A DNA stretch of 64,000 nt from Nitrospirota bacterium (GTDB lineage Bacteria; Nitrospirota; UBA9217), in assembly GCA_963845065.1 (NCBI GenBank), contig CAWJQQ010000002.1:64001-128000 (forward strand). The letters run 5' to 3'. The notes under the pieces are model-generated. The model was given only the letters and a program-made list of their open reading frames with translations, had not been told where the DNA came from and searched no databases. Positions 54,438 to 64,000 of this stretch are shown one piece after another; within the stretch, counting starts at the first letter, position 1; every line of letters begins with the position of its first letter. A program made the translations under genes and the position numbers.

Positions 54438-54620
54438 AAATCCCCCGCTTATGCCGTGCAGATAGACTTGTTTCCTGGTAGGACCAGGTGGGCGCCATAT
54501 AGAAAAGTTTAGGCTTCCCAGTCCAATCTGGGCATGCACACCCTTTCCAGAAGATAGCTCCCGTTATTTTTTATTCACGAGGAACAAGACGTAACTATCA
54601 CGCGCAAAGCAGGGGACATT
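54438..54620 (-). ncRNA. ssrS: 6S RNA
   Basis: Terminal stem TCCCCTGCTT/AAGCGGGGGA, long irregular hairpin, GGGAGC and GCCCACC motifs, downstream of zapA; upstream TTGCCA-N17-TATATA promoter. Confidence 0.85.
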
Positions 54621-54912
54621 TTTTATTCATTTCCCCTGTAGCATATATACCAGAATCAATTAAAAATGGCAAGAAGAAAAGGGGTGGGTGGAAGTGGAAA
54701 AGGGAAAGGAAAATATCATTTAATTTTGGTAGGTTATAGGCTTATAAAACTCCTGGAATATCTCACTCTGCGGATGAAATGTTTAATAGCTGCGCGCCCC
54801 GAGAGAGCCCCTCTATGCTTTAGCAGTGAGCGTGCGTCAAATGCTGAAAGTTGAACCTGCATCCTATGTATCGGAATAGGCTGAAAATGTCAAATTCATT
54901 GAAAGAAAGGCA

Positions 54913-54953
54913 TGCCTTACATCCCCATGGTTGAAACCAAGGGTTTTACGGCA
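54913..54953 (-). repeat. Orphan IS200/IS605 left-end-like hairpin
   Basis: TGCCGTAAAACCCTTGGTTTCAACCATGGGGATGTAAGGCA resembles the tnpB element left end. Confidence 0.65.
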
Positions 54954-55220
54954 CTATTCTATAAGTTCCATGATGCGTTTAACCGCGCTCTCCGCGGTAT
55001 TTTCCAGCTCACCACATCGTTTTCGTTCATGGTTGAGTTCATCTGCGATGGTGATGGCGGTCAAAATAGCCACGCGAAGAGGATCGACAGTACCCGTTCC
55101 CTTCTCAATGGCCCTCATTTTCTCGTCTACATACGCTGCCAATTCGCGCGTATAGGCTGTATCGTTTCCCCCCTTAATGTTGTAGGCCTGTCCATATATC
55201 TCGACCTGCACGCGTTCCAT
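54954..55220 (-). CDS. zapA: Cell division protein ZapA
   Basis: VEIYGQAYNI, LAAYVDEKM, VAILTAITIADEL. Confidence 0.92.
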   Translation of the reverse strand: MERVQVEIYGQAYNIKGGNDTAYTRELAAYVDEKMRAIEKGTGTVDPLRVAILTAITIADELNHERKRCGELENTAESAVKRIMELIE

Positions 55221-55311
55221 GATGACTCCATCATACAGCATAGATCAGGGGGTAAAAGTATTACTGTCTACCATCCCCAGGCGCTACGCACAATGTTCCT
55301 GGCACCAGGCA

Positions 55312-55351
55312 TTACCTGACTTTCCGTAGAAAACCCCTGGTTTTAGCCATG
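55312..55351 (+). repeat. Orphan truncated IS200/IS605 left end with TTAC target
   Basis: TTAC|CTGACTTTCCGTAGAAAACCCCTGGTTTTAGCCATG versus TTAC|CAAACTATCCGCAGAAAGCCCCTGGTTTTAACCATG. Confidence 0.7.
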
Positions 55352-55359
55352 TCGATTGA

Positions 55360-56265
55360 TTAAAGGAGTGCGTCCACGAACTCCTTCGGATTAAAGCTCC
55401 TCAGGTCTTCCATGGCCTCGCCGATGCCCACAAACTTTACCGGGATCGAGAGTTCCTTGTTGATGGCAAAGACAATGCCGCCCTTCGAGGTCCCGTCAAG
55501 CTTTGCCAACACAATGCCGCTCACTCCTACTGCCTCGTTGAACATTTTCGCCTGCGCAAGAGCATTCTGGCCTGTAGTACCATCAAGGACAAGGAGCGTC
55601 TCCTGCGGGGCGCCGGGAAGTTCACGGGAAATTATACGCTTCACTTTTTTGAGCTCTTCCATGAGGTTCGATTTTGTGTGCAGTCTTCCTGCCGTATCCA
55701 CGATCAACACATCGATCTCTCGCGCCTTCGCCGCAGCCACAGCGTCGAACACTACGGCTCCAGGATCGGCACCTTCGCGGTGCTTTATCACCGGAATACC
55801 CGAACGATCGCCCCAAATTGATAGCTGCTCCGACGCCGCAGCGCGAAACGTGTCCCCGGCTGCGAGCATCACCTTCTTCCCCTCTGCATGGAGGCGGTAT
55901 GCCAGCTTGCCGATTGAGGTTGTCTTGCCCGTACCGTTCACGCCAATGACAAGGATGACGGCGGGTGAACCAGAGAGGGATAGTTGCGAAGAACTACCTG
56001 CCAGAATCTCGATCAGGACCTGCTTCAAGCGATCATGCACCTGCAGAGGTGAGGACAACTCCTGGCGCTTGAAGCGTTCCTTAAGATCCTTCAACACGAA
56101 TGAGGCCGTTGAGACGCCAACATCCGCAGCTATGAGCGCTTCCTCAAGCTCGTCGAGAAACGCTTCATCGATTTTTTCTCCAAGGACCAACGATCCGATT
56201 TTATCGGCTAGATTCTTTCTTGTCTTAGCGAGCCCGTCGCTCATACTGCGGAGTACACCAAACAT
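55360..56265 (-). CDS. ftsY: SRP receptor FtsY (short form)
   Basis: GVNGTGKTT, DTFRAAA, DTAGR, KLDGTSKGG. Confidence 0.97.
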   Translation of the reverse strand: MFGVLRSMSDGLAKTRKNLADKIGSLVLGEKIDEAFLDELEEALIAADVGVSTASFVLKDLKERFKRQELSSPLQVHDRLKQVLIEILAGSSSQLSLSGSPAVILVIGVNGTGKTTSIGKLAYRLHAEGKKVMLAAGDTFRAAASEQLSIWGDRSGIPVIKHREGADPGAVVFDAVAAAKAREIDVLIVDTAGRLHTKSNLMEELKKVKRIISRELPGAPQETLLVLDGTTGQNALAQAKMFNEAVGVSGIVLAKLDGTSKGGIVFAINKELSIPVKFVGIGEAMEDLRSFNPKEFVDALL

Positions 56266-56324
56266 GGAACACCTCAAATGATTTAGAAACTGGACGTTTT
56301 TAATTCGGCATTGAACGAATGCCG

Positions 56325-57401
56325 TTACAAATCCAGCGGCAATTTACCCGACATATTATTGGCTGCTGCGGGTGGCATCTTTTTGTCCTTGGGATTGTGA
56401 GGCTTTGCCTCTTCGAGCCGTTCAGGATCAGTGTCTTGGTCCCTTGCGGTTTTGGGAAATGACGTCTGCCGATAGAGATAGCGGTCATGCATTTTGCTGA
56501 ATCCTGTCCACTCGCCCTCTGCCACATGCTCTTTCTTGAGCGTTGCCTGGAAGTTGTTGATCTTTGCCGCCAGATCATCCAGGTAGTTGATGACGATGGC
56601 TTCCTGGATCTTCGGCCTTTTGGGCGAACCGAACTCGTACTCTCCGTGGTGCGACAGCACGATGTGTTTTAGCAGCATGGTCAGCTCCGCCGGAAATCCG
56701 GGAATGGCGTTTATCTTCTCGACGATCATCTCGTACCCGAGGGATATATGGCCGATGAGCCGCCCCTCGGTGGTGTATTCGATCGATTTTCTCACTGCAA
56801 GCTCGCGGACTTTTCCGATATCGTGCAGGAATGCACCCACGGCCAATAGGTCTTTGTCAATTGACGGAAAGTGCTTTGCCACGTCCAGGCTGACCGCGAT
56901 AAGCTCGACGACGTGCTCGAGCAGGCCGCCGATATAATTGTGATGCAGTGTCTTGGCCGCCGGCGTGCGCTTGAACATCACCATGAACGGCTCATCATTC
57001 AGAAAAGCGTTCATGAGCTTCTTGAGGTAGGGGTTTGACAGAGCAGATAAAACAACCTTCAGCTCCTTCACCATATCATCGGTACTGCGCGGCGAACATT
57101 CGAGAAAGTTGGCGATATCCACCCTCGTGTCGTCGACTTTTTCAAGGGTCTTCATCTTTATTTGCAGCGAACCCTGGTAATTCGACGTCATGCCTTTTAT
57201 GCGGACAAAATCTTCCCGTTCGAATTTCCCGGCCACTTCATCGGCGTTATCCCACAGCCTCCCGTCGATTTCTCCTGTCTTATCAGCGAGTTTGACGGAA
57301 AGAAAGGTCACGCCGTTCTTTGCTGTCGATACCTGCTTTGATGAAACGAGATAAACCTCTTCAACCCAATCGCCTTCCTTCAAGGACACTATGGTCTGCA
57401 T
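56325..57401 (-). CDS. YhaM/Cbf1-like 3'-5' exoribonuclease (OB fold + HD)
   Basis: DKTGEIDGRLWD, HHNYIGGLLEH, LHDIGK, SHHG. Confidence 0.9.
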   Translation of the reverse strand: MQTIVSLKEGDWVEEVYLVSSKQVSTAKNGVTFLSVKLADKTGEIDGRLWDNADEVAGKFEREDFVRIKGMTSNYQGSLQIKMKTLEKVDDTRVDIANFLECSPRSTDDMVKELKVVLSALSNPYLKKLMNAFLNDEPFMVMFKRTPAAKTLHHNYIGGLLEHVVELIAVSLDVAKHFPSIDKDLLAVGAFLHDIGKVRELAVRKSIEYTTEGRLIGHISLGYEMIVEKINAIPGFPAELTMLLKHIVLSHHGEYEFGSPKRPKIQEAIVINYLDDLAAKINNFQATLKKEHVAEGEWTGFSKMHDRYLYRQTSFPKTARDQDTDPERLEEAKPHNPKDKKMPPAAANNMSGKLPLDL

Positions 57402-57653
57402 CGCACTCCTCTCCTCTGGCAAAAGTGATAATAAACTATCCCCCCGGTGTTGTCAAACGGAAACAGGGAAGACACGTGAGCGTTGAGCAGTTTTATTTGG
57501 GGCTTCGGATTTACTGGTTGATTCTGCAGTTTTCAAAAAATATACAAACAGGTTTAAAATCGGATTTTTCGGTTGATTTGTTCTCCGTGGGGCGGTCAAT
57601 GACAGTATGCACATTTGTTGAATTTTATACAACAATGTTGTATAACGAAATTA

Positions 57654-58040
57654 ATGAGCATTACAATAAAGAAAATAGGCGGCAGGGAGTATGCTTATGA
57701 AGCATACCGGAGAGGGCGCAAGATAATCCAAAAATATCTGGGACCTGTACGTGATCCGAACGTCACCGCCCAAATAAAGGCTCTTGAAGAGAACAAATCA
57801 ATGCCGTCTGAGTTATTTAAGTATTTTTGGGATGTAGATCCTAAAACATTGAATATTCGCCGGCATAGTAGATTCATCATAGAACGGGTACTCGAGTTTG
57901 GTGATCTTAAAGCACTGTGGTGGACACAGAAACAATATCCGACGTCATTAATCATTGAGGTTTGCCTTACTAGCCGCAGACTATCACAACGATCTAAACA
58001 TTTTTGGACTGTATGGTTTGGGGAGAAACATGTATCTTAA
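57654..58040 (+). CDS. Putative antitoxin/partner protein (DUF6922-like C-terminus)
   Basis: YFWDVDP..FIIERVLEFG; N-terminal YAYEAYR..QKYLG; overlaps the downstream NTase gene. Confidence 0.7.
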   Translation: MSITIKKIGGREYAYEAYRRGRKIIQKYLGPVRDPNVTAQIKALEENKSMPSELFKYFWDVDPKTLNIRRHSRFIIERVLEFGDLKALWWTQKQYPTSLIIEVCLTSRRLSQRSKHFWTVWFGEKHVS

Positions 58041-58677
58041 TTGTCTTACACCTGCTGCACGTAAATTGATCAAAAAGATATCTCCGATTGCATCGGATAA
58101 TGGTTTTATACTAGCTGGGGGAACGGCCGTTGCGCTTCATCTTGGCCACCGGTTGTCCGTGGATTTCGATTTTTTTACAACTCGCTCCTTTAGGACAGAT
58201 GCAATTCATAGAGCGATTAGCAAGCTTGGTTTGAGAATAGAAACTCTCCAAGACGAGGAGGGAACACTCACTTTATCGGTCGCTGGAGTGAAAATATCAT
58301 TTTATCATTATACGCAGCAATTTCTTGAAAAGACGTTAATGCTTCAAGGGATTGCTATCGCAGGACTTGTTGATATTGCTTCTATGAAGCTTGTTGCAAT
58401 TATGCAGAAGGGGGCAAAGAGAGATTTCATAGACCTCTATTGGATTCTGCAGGACATTCCATTTGCAAAGATTGCCGAAAATTTGGTTAATCGATATGGA
58501 GAAAACCGAATAAACCCTGTTGTAATGGGAAAAGCACTCGTCTACTTTCAAGATGCTGATTCAGATCCCGACCCAAAGTATTTGGGAGCTAACATAGCGT
58601 GGTCGAAAATCAAAAAATACATAACAAATCATATACAGCAGTTTGTTTTGGATATTCAAAAGGCAATTGATGTCTAA
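58030..58677 (+). CDS. AbiEii/AbiGii-family nucleotidyltransferase toxin
   Basis: LAGGTAVALHLGHRLSVDFDFF, MKL, KRDFIDL. Confidence 0.9.
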   Translation: MYLNCLTPAARKLIKKISPIASDNGFILAGGTAVALHLGHRLSVDFDFFTTRSFRTDAIHRAISKLGLRIETLQDEEGTLTLSVAGVKISFYHYTQQFLEKTLMLQGIAIAGLVDIASMKLVAIMQKGAKRDFIDLYWILQDIPFAKIAENLVNRYGENRINPVVMGKALVYFQDADSDPDPKYLGANIAWSKIKKYITNHIQQFVLDIQKAIDV

Positions 58678-58749
58678 AATCAACCAGGAACCGAGATATC
58701 TATATTATCCGCATTTTAGATTTTTCAACCACTAAATCCGAATACCCTT

Positions 58750-59796
58750 TTATTTTTCTTGTTTTTTTAAAGCAGCGTCCTGCAGAATCACTGTGCGGGT
58801 GGGGTAAGGAATGGTGATCCCCTCGCGGATGAACCGCTTGAGAATCCGCTTTCTTAGAGCATGATGAACAGGCTGCTGGGCATTTATGTCCACAACCGAG
58901 CAGAAGAGGGTGAAATCGAGGGATGAAGCGCCAAAGCCGGGCGCGAACAACACCGCGGGAGCGGGGTCGCCAAGAAGGCCCGGCACCTCCGCTATTGATC
59001 GCGTCGATTCTTCAATGAGCACGCGCTCGACGAGATCGGGGTCAACGTCACAGCTCACACTTACCGGCATCTGGGTCATCGTGCGCCTTTCCGGTAAGAA
59101 GTAGTTTGTCACCACGCTCTGTGACAGTTTGCTGTTCGGAACGATGACCATATTGTTCGTCGGCAACTGGATGCGCGTCGTGCGCCAGCTGATGTCCTCC
59201 ACGAATCCTTCCTGGCCTGTCTCGAGCCTGATATAATCGCCGACGCGGATTGTATGCTCAGCAAGGATATGGATACCGGCGAAAAGATTTGACAGCGTGT
59301 CCTGCAGCGCTAGTGCCATCGCAAGTCCGCCGACACCGAGAGCGGTAATGATGGGCGCGATCGAGATCCCGACAAAGTTCAGCATGACCAGGATTCCGAC
59401 AGCGTAGACGCTCGCCTTGATCACGACATTGAGCAAGCTCGTTACGGCGATCGGCAGATCGACCTTTTTAAGAAAAAAGAAGACCGCGCGTCCGCTGATG
59501 TTCGCCAATGCCATCGTAACAGTAAGTATCAGGGAAAGATGCATTCCCTTTACCGCGTAGGCCTCGTACTGGTCAGGGATTTCAGCCAGGCGCACTCCGG
59601 TATAGAGGGCAAGTGCTATAATGAGCAGGGTGGAGGGGCCCTGCAGCGCTGTTACGATAAAAGCCTCTGTCGGTGTTGCTCTTTCCCGTGACAGTCGATG
59701 CAGAGTTCTAAACAGAATTTTTCGGGCAGCAAAGAGTGCGGCGGTGATCCCTGCAACGATCAGATACGCGATATACGACGGGTAATGGTGCTCCAT
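58750..59796 (-). CDS. MscS-family mechanosensitive channel
   Basis: ALGVGGLAMALALQDTLSNLFAG, IVPNSKL, IPYP. Confidence 0.93.
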   Translation of the reverse strand: MEHHYPSYIAYLIVAGITAALFAARKILFRTLHRLSRERATPTEAFIVTALQGPSTLLIIALALYTGVRLAEIPDQYEAYAVKGMHLSLILTVTMALANISGRAVFFFLKKVDLPIAVTSLLNVVIKASVYAVGILVMLNFVGISIAPIITALGVGGLAMALALQDTLSNLFAGIHILAEHTIRVGDYIRLETGQEGFVEDISWRTTRIQLPTNNMVIVPNSKLSQSVVTNYFLPERRTMTQMPVSVSCDVDPDLVERVLIEESTRSIAEVPGLLGDPAPAVLFAPGFGASSLDFTLFCSVVDINAQQPVHHALRKRILKRFIREGITIPYPTRTVILQDAALKKQEK

Positions 59797-60004
59797 GTGA
59801 ATAATTGTACCTGAACAGGAAAAGGGAGTCCAGCGTTTCTTAACATCATGAGTGCTGTGTGAACATCTTTTAAAAAAGAAAGGATTTAAACGTACTTCAG
59901 TACCTTAAGAAGACAACCGCTTCTGATAGCAAAAAATATCAAATAACGCCGGCACCGTTTACCGATGATCTCGCATTATGACCAGAGAACGGGAAGAAGC
60001 TGCA

Positions 60005-60247
60005 TTAATTCTTCCTCACGTAAACATGATACTCCCCATTCTCATGGGCCAGGCCGAGATATTCATTGCCTGTCAGCTTGCACCATGCTGGCATATCCAT
60101 GACAATCCCGTCATCGTCGGACTGCACCTCAAGGATCTGGCCCTTTGACATTTCCTTCATCTTATTCGAGGTCTTGAAAATTGGCAAGGGACATGCGAGG
60201 CCGACACTGTCGATCACCTCATCGGGTTTAATGTCTTTAATATCCAT
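60005..60247 (-). CDS. tusA: TusA-family sulfur carrier protein
   Basis: DSVGLACPLP, DMPAWC. Confidence 0.88.
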   Translation of the reverse strand: MDIKDIKPDEVIDSVGLACPLPIFKTSNKMKEMSKGQILEVQSDDDGIVMDMPAWCKLTGNEYLGLAHENGEYHVYVRKN

Positions 60248-60392
60248 AGCAATAAAGCTCTCTTTACCACAACTAAGAATTGCAAAGTCTGGATAAGATA
60301 CGATAGGGTTATTCCCAGTGAATAACCTTTATTTCCAACCTTTGCGGCTGCTATCCGCATCTCTCTGTATGATGCCGTTGCAGATTAATACC

Positions 60393-60824
60393 CTACCCCA
60401 TATCGTGTTCATGTCCTGATTCTGCCGGCATCTTTACCGGCGATGTGAGCCCTTTCTTCTTATGGTAATCATCGAGCGCAGACTTGAGCGCCTCTTCTGC
60501 CAGCACTGAGCAATGCATCTTCACCCTCGGCAACCCGCCGAGCGCCTCAGCCACGGCCGCGTTCGATATCGTCATTGCCTCGTCGATGCTCTTGCCCTTC
60601 ACCAGGTCAGTCACCATGCTGCTCGTGGCAATTGCCGCACCGCAACCGAACGTTTTGAATTTAGCGTCGGTAATGATGTTGTTTTCCACTTTTATATACA
60701 ACCGCATTACGTCGCCGCACACAGGGTTTCCTACGGTGCCAACGCCATCAGCGTTCTCAATCTCTCCCACATTATGGGGATGAGCAAAATGGTCCATCAC
60801 CTTTGAACTGTACTGTTCCATCAT
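60393..60824 (-). CDS. iscU: Fe-S cluster scaffold IscU/NifU
   Basis: GNPVCGD, KTFGCGAAIA, KMHCSVLA. Confidence 0.95.
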   Translation of the reverse strand: MMEQYSSKVMDHFAHPHNVGEIENADGVGTVGNPVCGDVMRLYIKVENNIITDAKFKTFGCGAAIATSSMVTDLVKGKSIDEAMTISNAAVAEALGGLPRVKMHCSVLAEEALKSALDDYHKKKGLTSPVKMPAESGHEHDMG

Positions 60825-60896
60825 TTCCTCCTTGAAATTCGTCGAAGCCGGTTAGCCGATTTTTACTGTTCTGTGCGGGTGCACGTTCGGCGCAGA

Positions 60897-62087
60897 TCAC
60901 CGTACCGCTGTCCGTTTCTTCTTCATCATGTCTTCATAAAGCGGGGACATCTCCCGCAGACGGTGGACAATAGGCGGCAGTTTCTCGATTACATAATCGA
61001 TGTCCTCAGTTGTGTTGCCCATCCCAAGCGACATAAGCAGCGTTCCGTTTGCCACTGCGGCATCAGTCCCTATGCAGGTGAGGACGTGCGACGATTTAAG
61101 CGAGCGCGATGTACATGCTGATCCGCTCGATACGGAGATGCCGTCCATGTTCAGGAACAGGAGCATAGACTCTCCTTCCACATACCAGAAAGAGACATTG
61201 AGATTGTGAGGCAGCCTGTGCACAGGGTGTCCATTGATCACCATGTCATCAATCTGCTCCTGAAGCCCCTTCTGCAGCTTGTCCCGGAGCTGTGCCGTGT
61301 AGCGCAGTCGATTCGGCAGGTCCGCCGCTGCGAGCTCGGCAGCTTTCCCGAGCCCTACCAAAGCAGGAACATTCTCGGTTCCCGCACGCCTGCCTTCTTC
61401 CTGGATGCCGCCCTCGATCAGCGGTTTGATCCGCACGCCCGTACGCACATAGAGCGCTGCTGCTCCCTTGGGCCCGTAGAACTGGTGGCCCGAGAACGAG
61501 AGCGCGTCAACGCCAAGCGCTTCGACGTTAACCGGGACCCAACCGGTCGATGCAACCGCGTCGGTGTGGAACAGTACGTTTTTTTCCTTTGTAATTTTTG
61601 CTATCGCTTCGATTGGCTCAATCGTGCCGATCTCGTTGTTCGCATGCATGATCGACACCAGGACCGTATCCTTCTTGATCGCCTTGGCAACGTCGTCAGG
61701 GTTCACCAGCCCCTCTTTGTCCGTAGGGATATAGGTGACCGTAAAGCCGGACTTTTCGAGTGTCTTGGCAGGGTGGAGAAGGGAAAAGTGCTCTATTTGC
61801 GAGAGGATAATATGCTTGCCCTTCTGACTGTTCGCTTGCACGAGTCCTTTAATGGCAAAGTTGTTCGATTCTGCGCCGCTCGAGGTGAAATAAATTTCTC
61901 CGGCTTTGGCGCCGATAAGCGCAGCGGCTTTTGCCCGCGCTTCTTCGACGGCGTTCTTTGCTTCTCTGCCGATATCGTGCAGGTTCGAGGGGTTGCCGAA
62001 CTTAATTGAAAAGTACGGCAGCATGGCTTCTAAAACTTTCGGATGTACAGGCGTTGTAGCCGCGTGATCAAGGTAGACCGTTCTCAT
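60897..62087 (-). CDS. iscS: Cysteine desulfurase IscS/NifS
   Basis: YLDHAATTP, HTDAV, SSGSAC; note SGHQ in place of the usual SxHK. Confidence 0.92.
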   Translation of the reverse strand: MRTVYLDHAATTPVHPKVLEAMLPYFSIKFGNPSNLHDIGREAKNAVEEARAKAAALIGAKAGEIYFTSSGAESNNFAIKGLVQANSQKGKHIILSQIEHFSLLHPAKTLEKSGFTVTYIPTDKEGLVNPDDVAKAIKKDTVLVSIMHANNEIGTIEPIEAIAKITKEKNVLFHTDAVASTGWVPVNVEALGVDALSFSGHQFYGPKGAAALYVRTGVRIKPLIEGGIQEEGRRAGTENVPALVGLGKAAELAAADLPNRLRYTAQLRDKLQKGLQEQIDDMVINGHPVHRLPHNLNVSFWYVEGESMLLFLNMDGISVSSGSACTSRSLKSSHVLTCIGTDAAVANGTLLMSLGMGNTTEDIDYVIEKLPPIVHRLREMSPLYEDMMKKKRTAVR

Positions 62088-62567
62088 TTAACATGCCCCC
62101 TTCCCCGTCAAGGCTGCCTTTTTCCTGAGTCCCAGGCTGACGGGCACTTTCTGGTAATGCTGCTCATGCAGGAGATCGTTAAAGCTGATACTGTCGAGGG
62201 CTTCTTCTATCTTGGCCCCCACTTTTGTCCAAACCATCCGGGCCACGCAGTCGTCTGCCTGGTTACAGTCACCGGATTCGCCTGGTTCCAGACAGTGTGA
62301 CAGGGCAATAGGCCCTTCAAGCGTGCGGACGATGTCACCAATGGTCAGTTCGGCCGGTTTACACGCCAGCAAGTAGCCGCCTGCCGGTCCCCGAACGCTG
62401 TCGATAACGCCGGCTTTCCCAAGCTTGTGCAATATCTGCTCGAGGTAGGAAAAAGAAATCCCCTGCCTGTCCGCGATCTCCTTGATCGTGATCGGCCCCT
62501 TGCCATAGTGCCGGGCGATCTCAAAAACCGCGCGCACACCATACTTCCCCTTCGACGAGAGTTTCAT
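62088..62567 (-). CDS. iscR: Rrf2-family regulator IscR
   Basis: YLEQI, SVRGPAGGY, C-x7-C-x5-C; heads the isc operon. Confidence 0.88.
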   Translation of the reverse strand: MKLSSKGKYGVRAVFEIARHYGKGPITIKEIADRQGISFSYLEQILHKLGKAGVIDSVRGPAGGYLLACKPAELTIGDIVRTLEGPIALSHCLEPGESGDCNQADDCVARMVWTKVGAKIEEALDSISFNDLLHEQHYQKVPVSLGLRKKAALTGKGAC

Positions 62568-62649
62568 TCTTTCATCCGACCCCTGTGGCCCCGCGCTACA
62601 ACTAAAGAGGACACTTTAACTCCTGTCAATCTTTACCATTACGATAACA

Positions 62650-62673
62650 AACTTGACCAATTCTGTCAAGAAT
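62650..62673. promoter_or_regulatory. Putative IscR operator
   Basis: Palindromic CTTGAC-CAATTCT-GTCAAG upstream of iscR. Confidence 0.6.
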
Positions 62674-63011
62674 AATTATAACGCATGTAACCGTGAAATG
62701 CAAACAGGGATAGGGAAATACAAGTGTTTGACTGCCAGGCTTGACTTCCTCCGTCGCCGGAAGACCAGGGCATTACGTCGCACAAGGACAAAAAAGGTAG
62801 AAAGCAACATGATATCACAGCGCTTGATTTTCCGGATTATACATGATACCGTTCAGATATAAAAAATCCATCATGAGAATCGAGACTTTGTGAATTCGTG
62901 CCAGCCTGAGCACCCGAGCGTATGCCGTTGCTATCTCCGCTCTCTCATGCACCACCTCTTGCTAAGCAGGAATGGTGAACTACCAGTTAATCTACCAAGG
63001 AGGATAGCAGT

Positions 63012-63599
63012 ATGGCAGATGTCGAAATCCCCAATCCCGAGGAGCTTGAAGAGATCCGCGCAAAAGGCTTTACCCGCAAGGTCGCCCTAACCACGGCGTT
63101 CTTCGCCGTGCTGCTCGCCATTACATCACTCGGTGGGAACAATGCCATGAAGGAAATGCTGCTCTCACAGCAGCAGGCGTCCGATCAATGGGCCTTTTAC
63201 CAGTCGAAGGTTGTGCGGGAGCAACTCTACAAAACGAACAGCTTGCGGCTGGAATTGGATGTTTTTGAACGCGGTGCCACCATGAAGCCCGCGGTAAAAA
63301 GACAGTACCAGTCCCTGATCAGGGAATTGCGTGCGGAAGAAGCACGGTACGGAGAGGAAAAAAAGGACATAGAGCGGGAAGCCAAAGGGCTCGAAGAGCA
63401 TCGGGACAGAAGCTTCTCCAAAGATCCCTACTTCGACTACGCTGAAGTGTTATTGCAGATATCCATTGTCCTTGCATCGATCTCCATCCTCGCAGTATCG
63501 CGACCGGTCTTTTCTATTGCAATCGTTTCCGCTTCGCTCGGATTTATTATGATGTTGAACGGTTATCTGTTATTGTTCAGGATACCTTTTTTTCATTAA
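63012..63599 (+). CDS. DUF4337 membrane protein
   Basis: ASDQWAFYQSK, AEVLLQISIVLAS. Confidence 0.8.
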   Translation: MADVEIPNPEELEEIRAKGFTRKVALTTAFFAVLLAITSLGGNNAMKEMLLSQQQASDQWAFYQSKVVREQLYKTNSLRLELDVFERGATMKPAVKRQYQSLIRELRAEEARYGEEKKDIEREAKGLEEHRDRSFSKDPYFDYAEVLLQISIVLASISILAVSRPVFSIAIVSASLGFIMMLNGYLLLFRIPFFH

Positions 63600-63611
63600 G
63601 GTGATCATGCT

Positions 63612-64000
63612 ATGAGCGCCCGGGATCATCGGCGGACTGGGGCTGCAGTGGACAGGCGGGAATTTATCAAGCATGTTTTGAAGGGAGAGCGCAGCGAGCG
63701 CCTGCCGCGCGCCTTGTTTGGCGGAGGGCGCTGGGCATACCGTCAGACGGGGCTCAAGATAGAGAGCCTGGACAGTGATCCTGACGGCTTCGCGGCAAGC
63801 CTCGCAGGTTTTTATAATGAGCTTGACACCGATATTGTATTCGCCGGTTCAGGCCTCAACACCTTTCCCGCCGAAGCAATTGGAGGAGAGCTGGCCTTTC
63901 GTGAAGAACAGGCCCCGCTCCTCTCTGCACCTCTCATCCAAAAAAAGGAAGATGCGCGTTATCTGGAATTCGTGAATATCCAGGACTCTCCCCATTCCCT
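63612..64000 (+). CDS. Uroporphyrinogen decarboxylase / MtaA-like family protein (3'-truncated)
   Basis: Manual translation: ..LKGERSERLPRALFGGG..LDTDIVFAGSGLNTFPAEAIGG..; open to the window end. Confidence 0.65.
   Translation, partial: MSARDHRRTGAAVDRREFIKHVLKGERSERLPRALFGGGRWAYRQTGLKIESLDSDPDGFAASLAGFYNELDTDIVFAGSGLNTFPAEAIGGELAFREEQAPLLSAPLIQKKEDARYLEFVNIQDSPHS

Overview
64 kb of chromosome from an anaerobic bacterium; gene content and order resemble Nitrospirota (Thermodesulfovibrionia) or Desulfobacterota, which is an inference. From the left: the 3' part of pntB, a degenerate 3' half of tRNA-fMet (att-like scar), a split TauE/SafE transporter with a DUF169 gene, an IS200/IS605 tnpB-only element, and a hybrid kinase with an ETR1-like sensor. 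Next is a minus-strand operon, MCP-mvhG-mvhA-[IscB/omegaRNA element]-maturation protease-hdrA-mvhD-tusA, with no hdrBC. It is transcribed divergently from a chemosensory cluster (MCP, cheY, STAS, triple Cys-rich-PAS MCP, cheA, cheW, cheR, cheB, CxxCH heme MCP). The middle holds c-di-GMP-related genes (REC-PilZ, stand-alone MshEN, HD-GYP with a HEAT partner), an MCP-PhnD fusion, hrpB and a second tnpB element. The right part is mostly core genes (xseA, ymdB-like, rny, rarA, 6S RNA, zapA, ftsY, yhaM-like), an AbiEii-type TA pair, mscS, iscR-iscS-iscU-tusA, DUF4337 and a truncated URO-D-family gene. The best candidate for an undescribed system is the chemoreceptor-led Mvh-HdrA-TusA operon behind a putative sigma28 promoter, facing redox/gas-sensing receptors. 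Three apparently intact OMEGA (RNA-guided) elements have ends, TAMs and guides readable from the sequence. All family assignments come from motif recognition by eye; no searches were run.
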